From: Candidatus Fermentibacterota bacterium
GTDB taxonomy: Bacteria > Fermentibacterota > Fermentibacteria > Fermentibacterales > JCC-6
Assembly: GCA_963845085.1 (NCBI GenBank)
Contig: CAWJQI010000004.1
Coordinates: 192,001-256,000 of the forward strand
Direction: 5' to 3'
DNA length: 64,000 bases
This document shows, piece after piece, positions 57,972 through 64,000 of this stretch. Position 1 is the stretch's first letter. Each line of letters opens with the position of its first letter. Position numbers and translations under genes: made by a program. The notes beneath the pieces were generated by a model. The model made no database searches. It was not told the DNA's origin and saw nothing but the letters and a program-made list of their open reading frames with translations.

Positions 57972-59483
57972 ATGAACGCATCTTTCTGGGTAAATCTGGC
58001 AAGCGCTGTGAGTCTGGGCCTCGGCGTTGGTTTCCTTCTCTGGTTCTCCCGGAAACGCGGCCTTGAACAGAGCATATCCCTCTGGCTCGTCCTGACCGGC
58101 GCAGTCGGCATCATTTACCTGCTCCTGAGGGTTTTCGGGATCTCACTCGGCTCCATGACAGCCCGTGTGGCGCTGGCGTTCACCATTTTGCTGGCCTTCT
58201 ACACGCTTCTCCGCTTCCTGTTCGTTCTCTTCGTGGCCAACCTGGCCCGGAAGCACATGTCCATGCCCATTCCTAAGCTTGTTCTCGACGTGGTCTCGTT
58301 CATCCTGATGGCCGGGCTGGCCCTGGTCCTTCTCAACCTCCTTTTCAATGTCAAGCTCACGGCCTTCCTCGTCACATCGACTGTTGTCTCCGCGGTCATC
58401 GGTCTTTCCCTGCAGGACATTCTCGGCAACGTGTTCAGCGGGCTTGCACTGCAGTTCGAGCGGCCGTACGAGAAGGACGACTGGGTAACCATCGACGGCA
58501 TCGAGGGCCAGGTGGTCGAGATGAGCTGGAGATGCCTCTCCGTCCGCGACCGGAACAACGACCTTCTGCTGTTCCCGAATTCGGTGGTTTCCAAGACGCT
58601 GGTCAAGAACCACATGAAGCCATCGAAATTCAACCTCTCGCGAGTCACTGTGGGGGTTTCGTACGCGTGTCCTCCCGAGCGTGTGAAAGCTGTTCTGCTG
58701 CAGGCCGTATCCGACACAAGGGGTGTTTCCGCAAGGCCCGCTCCTTCTGTGATACTCGACAGTTTCAGCGACAGCTCAATCACTTACGAGGTCCGCTTCT
58801 GGATAACCGACTTCACCCAGAAGCCCCTGATCAAGGATGCCGTGAGAACAAGGATATGGTACTGCCTTCAGAGGGCGGACATGAACATCCCGTTCCCCAT
58901 CCGCGATGTCTTCCTGCACACTGTTGAGCCCGACAGCAGGGAGAAGCATCAGCAGAGCCTTCTGCTGGAGATAGGGAAGGAACTCAGAGCCGTTCCCATC
59001 TTTTCCCCCCTTCCGGATGAAGAGCTGGCGGAACTGTCGCGTGACAGCGCAATACTCGGCTTCGCCGGGGGTGAAGTGCTTGTGAAACAGGGCGATACGG
59101 GAGACAGCCTCTACATTCTCCGAAGCGGCTGGGTCGAGGTGTCTGTAACTGCGGGCGAAGGCCACAGGGCGATGAAGGTTGCCGAACTCGGCCCGGGGAG
59201 CTTCTTCGGCGAAATGAGCCTTCTCACCGGCGATCCCAGATCGGCCACCGTGACGGCACGCGAGGAAACCTCGGTCATAGTGGTGAAGAAGAGGGGAATG
59301 GAGCGGGTGTTCGCCATGAACCCGACCCTTGCCGAACCTTTGTCCGAGCTTCTTGAAACAAGGATCCAGGGGCTGCGAAGTGCATCCCTGGAAAGCGAGA
59401 AGTCCGTTGAGGGCAGGGAGGAAAGCAAACGCTCGGGACGCGATGACATTCTCTCCCGGATTCGGACCTTCTTCGGGCTGTAG
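57972..59483 (+). CDS. MscS family channel with C-terminal cyclic-nucleotide-binding domain
   Basis: GLSLQDILGNVFSG, FPNS, IPFP, then FFGEMSLLTGDPRSATV. Confidence 0.92.
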   Translation: MNASFWVNLASAVSLGLGVGFLLWFSRKRGLEQSISLWLVLTGAVGIIYLLLRVFGISLGSMTARVALAFTILLAFYTLLRFLFVLFVANLARKHMSMPIPKLVLDVVSFILMAGLALVLLNLLFNVKLTAFLVTSTVVSAVIGLSLQDILGNVFSGLALQFERPYEKDDWVTIDGIEGQVVEMSWRCLSVRDRNNDLLLFPNSVVSKTLVKNHMKPSKFNLSRVTVGVSYACPPERVKAVLLQAVSDTRGVSARPAPSVILDSFSDSSITYEVRFWITDFTQKPLIKDAVRTRIWYCLQRADMNIPFPIRDVFLHTVEPDSREKHQQSLLLEIGKELRAVPIFSPLPDEELAELSRDSAILGFAGGEVLVKQGDTGDSLYILRSGWVEVSVTAGEGHRAMKVAELGPGSFFGEMSLLTGDPRSATVTAREETSVIVVKKRGMERVFAMNPTLAEPLSELLETRIQGLRSASLESEKSVEGREESKRSGRDDILSRIRTFFGL

Positions 59484-59492
59484 AAATGGGTA

Positions 59493-59521
59493 TTGACATC
59501 ACTATGGTTTCGTGTTAGTCT
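59493..59521 (+). promoter_or_regulatory. Sigma70-type promoter
   Basis: TTGACA-N17-TAGTCT with extended -10 TG. Confidence 0.65.
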
Positions 59522-59557
59522 GCCGACGGGTGGAGGGGCCCGGAAAGCGGTAAGACA

Positions 59558-59875
59558 ATGCGTGCATTAATTGTACTTGTAATCGCTGCTTCGGTTGTTT
59601 GGGCATCGCTTGACATCCCGGGAGCAAGCTCTGCCGATTCTGCATACGGCCCGCCTTCGCTGGTCAAACCCGGAAGAGACAACCGAGTCTTCTTTGATCT
59701 CCCCAGTTCAATAACCCATCTTCGGGAATCCATTCTGAACACGAGCATCCGCATTTCAAGCGGACCAACACCCCAGAAACCCCTCAGGTGCGCCGACTCC
59801 TTCTCCAACCAGCGCTTCACCGCCTTCCCTCTCGAACCCGTCCAAGCCCCCACCGTCACCCTCTACACCTTCTAG
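59558..59875 (+). CDS. Small secreted hypothetical protein (105 aa)
   Basis: Signal peptide MRALIVLVIAASVVWA, upstream promoter, C-ending codon bias in the 3' part. Confidence 0.55.
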   Translation: MRALIVLVIAASVVWASLDIPGASSADSAYGPPSLVKPGRDNRVFFDLPSSITHLRESILNTSIRISSGPTPQKPLRCADSFSNQRFTAFPLEPVQAPTVTLYTF

Positions 59876-60143
59876 GGGACGGACTAAGGTTACTTAGATT
59901 GTCGGCCGATTGAGCTGGCAATCTTTTACCAAACAAAGCATTTGGTTACTCTGATGATCTATCTCAATCCATTCATCGAACCTATCGCGGTCCATTAATC
60001 CAATCCATCCTATTCATCTATCCTGCTGTCCTGCATAAATCTCCGTATTGAATAAGAAAGCACCCGACAGAACGGATGATCCATGTCATCGTCCTGCCGG
60101 GTGCCTGTAACAAACAACCTAAGTAATCTTAGTCCGTCCCCTA
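59873..60143. mobile_element. 271-bp element bounded by 30-bp inverted repeats (REPIN/MITE-like, copy 2)
   Basis: TAGGGGACGGACTAAGGTTACTTAGATTGT (59873-59902) matches the reverse complement of 60114-60143 at 28/30; AT-rich interior; same core as 5534-5628. Mobility is inferred. Confidence 0.65.
60051..60104 (-). terminator. Putative intrinsic terminator of the ECF/S9 operon
   Basis: Long stem 60060-60104 whose two A.C mismatches are G-U pairs on the minus strand, followed by TTTCTTATT. Confidence 0.55.
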
Positions 60144-62162
60144 TCGCAGTTCGACGGCGGCGGTGGAGTCGGGGACGAAGAGCTCGCACTCGATGCCGGG
60201 GCCGGGAACGGAGAGATAGAGGAACTCCTCGACTCGGCCGGCGAAATCAAGCCGGTTCTCCTCGTGAACAAATCCGTGACCCTCGTTGTTGTAGAGAACG
60301 TAGACCACTGATGTCCCGATGGCCCTGAGGGCTTCAACCATCTGGTCGCTTTCAGCCTGTACGACCCTCGGGTCGTTCGCGCCCTGGGCGATGAAGATGG
60401 GCATGGTGATGTTCTCCACATGGCTGAGAGGAGAGCGGTCTTCGAGCATTTCCCTGTCATCCGCGTCTTCCGGGTTCCCCACCCTGATGTTCATGAGGGT
60501 AAGCATGGGTTTCCAGTAGGGTGGAACCGTTTCCATGAAGGTTATGAGGTTTGACGGGCCGAAGAAGTCAACCACTGCGCAGTAGAGCTCGGGTGTGAAC
60601 ACCGCACCTGCAAGGGCCGCATAGCCTCCGTATGACCCGCCGAGGATGACGACCCGTTCAGGGTCGGCGATGCCCTGGTCAATCGCCCAGAGGGCGCCGT
60701 CAGTGATGTCGTCCTGCATGGCGCCGCCCCATTCCTTGTTCGCGGCGTTCAGGAATGCCTTTCCAAATCCAGTGCTGCCCCGGAAATTCACCTGAAGAAC
60801 GGCGAAGCCGCGGTCGGCGAACATCTGTGTGAAGGGGTCGTAACCGTAGTAATCCCTGTACCAGGGGCCTCCGTGCACCATCAGGATGGTCGGCCAGGGT
60901 CCAGCGCCATACCTGTCCGGATCAGGAGTGGTGACATAGGACGGAAGTACGAAGCCGTCGCGGGAAGGGATCTCCACACCTTCCATGGGGCGGAGCGTGT
61001 AGTCCTCGAGAGCGGGGATCGCGGTGAAAAGCTCACGGGCTTCGCCGGCCGTGCGGTCGTAAACGCAGTAGACGGCGGGGTTCTCGATCGTACTGTAGGC
61101 AACGAGCCATGTCGAATCGGCGTTGTCTCTGGAGACGATGCTGAAGTCGCCGTCACGGAACTCCTGCAGGTACGCGATGTCAGCCTCGATGGCCGGATCA
61201 AGGACCCGGAGGGTCCGCCTGAGGTAGAAAAATGCGGCCAGCCTGGGCTCTCCGGTGAACGGGTCGAAACCCACGCCCGCAATGTCGGATGAGGAATCGC
61301 TTGTGACAAGTGTTTCGGTTCCAGACGCCAGGTCGAAACGGTACAGCGCCGTCTTGTCCCTCCCGAGATTGGAGCGGATGAAAAGCCCTGTGCCGTCTTC
61401 GGTGAACCGCTCGGGGAACCACTCCTCCTCGCTGGAGAATGATTTGAGAAGTTCCCAGGGGGAGTCGACAGCCGTTCGATGGTGGATCGAGATGAAGCCT
61501 GTCTCGGGGTGTATCGTGAACTGGAGCCTGATTTCGAGCTCACGGTCGGCCATGTACCCGAGAACCATTTCACCCTCGGGGGTGGTTCCCGGGTTGTCCA
61601 TCACCATGGTGAGTTCGCCTGTGTCGAGATCACAGGCGTACACGTCGAAGAACATCCTGTTGTCCTGGTTCATCTCTATCAGGACCATGCCGGGGAAGTC
61701 GGGGTTGGAATCGGAAACGTAGGCCTTTACCCCGGGAAACGGGGTCAGGTCGAGAACCTCGCCGGTCGCCACGGTGATCCTGTAAACGTGGGTATTCTCC
61801 TCGCCCGCCTCGTCCTGCATGTAGAGAATGTGAATCCCGTCTTCCGCCCACTGGAAGTCCATCACACCCCTGTCATCGTCGAACGTGAGCTGCCTTGGGT
61901 TCTCCCCTGTTACGTCCATGAGCCAGAGGTTGAGAACGCCGTCCGCCGGCGCGATGTAGGCAATGGTGCTTCCGTCCGGGGAAAGCTGGGGTCCCACGCG
62001 TTCGGGGTTTCCGAAAAGAACGTCCCTCGGGATAAGGCTTTCAGCCCCCGGACTGGCAACATGACCGGGTTCGGGAAGAGAAGCTCCCGCAGAGGGGGAA
62101 GGCTCGCTTCCGCACCCGGACACAAGCAGGGAAAGAACAGCAACGACCGAAATTCTGAACAT
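60141..62162 (-). CDS. S9 family peptidase (acylaminoacyl/dipeptidyl peptidase), lipoprotein
   Basis: Lipobox VSGC, VHGGP, GGSYGG, NDPRV, EGHGF. Confidence 0.93.
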   Translation of the reverse strand: MFRISVVAVLSLLVSGCGSEPSPSAGASLPEPGHVASPGAESLIPRDVLFGNPERVGPQLSPDGSTIAYIAPADGVLNLWLMDVTGENPRQLTFDDDRGVMDFQWAEDGIHILYMQDEAGEENTHVYRITVATGEVLDLTPFPGVKAYVSDSNPDFPGMVLIEMNQDNRMFFDVYACDLDTGELTMVMDNPGTTPEGEMVLGYMADRELEIRLQFTIHPETGFISIHHRTAVDSPWELLKSFSSEEEWFPERFTEDGTGLFIRSNLGRDKTALYRFDLASGTETLVTSDSSSDIAGVGFDPFTGEPRLAAFFYLRRTLRVLDPAIEADIAYLQEFRDGDFSIVSRDNADSTWLVAYSTIENPAVYCVYDRTAGEARELFTAIPALEDYTLRPMEGVEIPSRDGFVLPSYVTTPDPDRYGAGPWPTILMVHGGPWYRDYYGYDPFTQMFADRGFAVLQVNFRGSTGFGKAFLNAANKEWGGAMQDDITDGALWAIDQGIADPERVVILGGSYGGYAALAGAVFTPELYCAVVDFFGPSNLITFMETVPPYWKPMLTLMNIRVGNPEDADDREMLEDRSPLSHVENITMPIFIAQGANDPRVVQAESDQMVEALRAIGTSVVYVLYNNEGHGFVHEENRLDFAGRVEEFLYLSVPGPGIECELFVPDSTAAVELR

Positions 62163-62179
62163 CAATGACCTCCGGAGAA

Positions 62180-62554
62180 TCACCTTGCCCGTGAGAACGC
62201 AATTGTATAGATGGTGTAGACAAGCCCGCCCATCACCGCCAGGGCTGCGGCGGCCCGTTCGAAGCTCAGGGATGCCAAAGAGGCGAGAAGACTTTCAAAC
62301 GGCCTCATCGAGGCGAGATCGAGGATCCAGGAAAGCCTGTCCAAGTTGGATGCTGCAAAAAGGGCGACGAGTGCGGCGGCGACTATCACGACAAACACCT
62401 TGTAGTATGGGAACGCAGGTCGGCTCAGCGCCTGCGCCTTCATGGCAATCATCCTGGCCATTCCGCCCGGGACGGCCTCCGGCGATACGGATGAGGTGAG
62501 CAGAAAGTCCACGATCTGCTCAAGTCCTGCATTCCCGTTACGCGAGGAGCTCAT
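62180..62554 (-). CDS. Putative anti-sigma factor (2 TM)
   Basis: Overlaps the 3' end of the ECF sigma gene; two hydrophobic segments. Confidence 0.55.
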   Translation of the reverse strand: MSSSRNGNAGLEQIVDFLLTSSVSPEAVPGGMARMIAMKAQALSRPAFPYYKVFVVIVAAALVALFAASNLDRLSWILDLASMRPFESLLASLASLSFERAAAALAVMGGLVYTIYTIAFSRAR

Positions 62555-63089
62555 CTTCTCTTCCTTTCAGCAGGGCGCACAATCTCTCCCTGGCCCTGTG
62601 CAGCCCGACCCTGACAGACCCGGGTGACATTCCCAGAATTATAGCCACTTCGTCGCTCGAAAGATCCCGATGGTAGGACAGCGTGAGAAGCTGACGGTCC
62701 CTCATCGAGAGCAGCGCCATTGCCTCCTCGAGAATGCGTCTTTTCTCGTCGAAGCCCGGGGGCATGGTGGGGTTTGCGTTTTCGAGAAGCATCTCCTCCC
62801 CGCCCGCTTCCATTCTCCGGTTCCGTTTTTCCATCTCGTCGAGGCAGATCCGCCTCGTAATCGAAACAAGCCAGCCCGGAAAGGCTTCCGGATCCCTCAG
62901 GCTCCGGATCTTCTGCCAGACCCTGGTGAAGGTTTCCTGACACATGTCTTCGGCCAGGTGCGCGTCGCCAGTCATCCGGAACGCCAACGAGTGCACAAGC
63001 CCGCAGTACTCCTTCACCAGGGCCTCGAAGGCCGGGGAGTCCCCGTCCCTGGCCAGAGCGACAAGCCCGAGGGTATGCTCCCGAGTCAC
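62538..63089 (-). CDS. ECF sigma factor
   Basis: AEDMCQETF, FPGWL, EVAIILG..GSVRVGLHRAR. Confidence 0.93.
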   Translation of the reverse strand: MTREHTLGLVALARDGDSPAFEALVKEYCGLVHSLAFRMTGDAHLAEDMCQETFTRVWQKIRSLRDPEAFPGWLVSITRRICLDEMEKRNRRMEAGGEEMLLENANPTMPPGFDEKRRILEEAMALLSMRDRQLLTLSYHRDLSSDEVAIILGMSPGSVRVGLHRARERLCALLKGREDELLA

Positions 63090-63490
63090 TTGTGGTCTCC
63101 ACCGTCATCCTTCTGGACAAAGAGAGCGATAACGATGTTGGCGATCCCGATGAAGCCGAGGATGAGTGCTGCGAGGATGAACCCCCTGACCTGGCCCATG
63201 ACAAGGGCTCCCAGAACGAATGCAATGGCGATGCTGAGAAGAATGATACCGCTGCTGAGGCTCTTCTTGCGGGGGTTCACGGGGACGGTGCTCTCGGTAC
63301 TCCCGAGGGACTGCACGAGCTTGTCAACCTGTTCGGGGGAGAGGTTTCCCTCGAGGGCCCTTTTCACTGTTTCGTACTTCGCAACCTTGGTGCGGTGCGA
63401 GTAGTAGGTCGCAAGAATAATCGCCAGCACAGGCCCGCCAACTCCGAGAACAATGCCGAAGATCGGTATCATCAATGCCAGATCATCCAT
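63086..63490 (-). CDS. DUF6249-like membrane protein
   Basis: TM, ALEG linker, LSSGIILL, 2 more TM; upstream of an ECF sigma; AAGGAG RBS. Confidence 0.65.
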   Translation of the reverse strand: MDDLALMIPIFGIVLGVGGPVLAIILATYYSHRTKVAKYETVKRALEGNLSPEQVDKLVQSLGSTESTVPVNPRKKSLSSGIILLSIAIAFVLGALVMGQVRGFILAALILGFIGIANIVIALFVQKDDGGDHK

Positions 63491-63520
63491 GACAGCTCCT
63501 TTCAGGGTTTCTGCCCTACT

Positions 63521-63547
63521 GACGGAGCATCACCCGAATATGTTACA
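63521..63547 (-). promoter_or_regulatory. ECF-type promoter, probably autoregulatory
   Basis: TGTAAC-N17-CGTC, 30 nt upstream of the start at 63490. Confidence 0.65.
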
Positions 63548-63640
63548 CAGCAGCCTGCAGGGTCGCGGTGCCGCCGGCCGTCTTCCGGAAACGGCAGCGG
63601 CAGTACTCTTTGCAGGGATTGTGAATGCCGGCGCGTCCGA

Positions 63641-64000
63641 TCAGGAAATAGCGCCTGAAACAGCTTCCAGCAGGGATCTCGAAGTAATGGGTTTCTGGAG
63701 CACCCCGCGGATCCCGTGACGGCGCAATTCAATGGCCGTGCCTTCGGCACTGTGGCCGGATAGTATCATCACCTTTACCAGGGGCTTGAGCTTCTTCATT
63801 TCGAGGAAGGCATCGAGACCGTTCATCCTGGGCATCGTCATGTCCATGAGGACCAGATCAATCCTTTCCGGGTCCCGTTTGAAAACCCTGAGGGCGTTCT
63901 CTCCGTCAGAGGCGGTGAGAACATGGTACCCGCCCGAGATGAGAAGGTCGGAAAGAATGCTTCTCACCATCTCCTCGTCGTCAACGACAAGGATCGTTGC
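63641..64000 (-). CDS. C-terminal receiver domain, probably of a hybrid histidine kinase (truncated by the right edge)
   Basis: TILVVDDEE, DLVLMDMTMP, LSG, QKP. Confidence 0.85.
   Translation of the reverse strand, partial: ATILVVDDEEMVRSILSDLLISGGYHVLTASDGENALRVFKRDPERIDLVLMDMTMPRMNGLDAFLEMKKLKPLVKVMILSGHSAEGTAIELRRHGIRGVLQKPITSRSLLEAVSGAIS

Noticed and set aside
59951..59982. Hammerhead ribozyme core (CTGATGA...GAA)
   Set aside because: No stem II, and GAAC rather than GAAA.

Overview
GC-rich, very gene-dense bacterial chromosomal segment of about 50 CDS. Gene order and protein style suggest an FCB-group anaerobe, possibly Fermentibacterota-like (inference only). Housekeeping genes dominate: tamA/tamB-like, fabD, glgA, ispDF, radA, dnaB, udg, yicC, rqcH, deoB, cdd, nrdJ, tsaC, purE, purD, panB, proS. 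There are also two cell-envelope glycosylation clusters and an ECF sigma operon. No rRNA, tRNA, CRISPR array or transposase was seen. Main observations: (1) A family of AT-rich inverted-repeat elements (core GGGGACGGACTAAG, 4 arms, at 5534-5628 and 59873-60143) lies between convergent genes, and every arm contains or completes a gene's stop codon (REPIN/MITE-like). (2) A flippase-like membrane domain is fused to a radical SAM enzyme inside a GT2/GT4/epimerase/YfhO locus. (3) Gmk-CoaB and ThiD-Nudix fusions. (4) A multi-PAS hybrid kinase lacks its phosphoacceptor His and Asp. (5) Four +1 frameshifts in conserved genes are probably sequencing errors.
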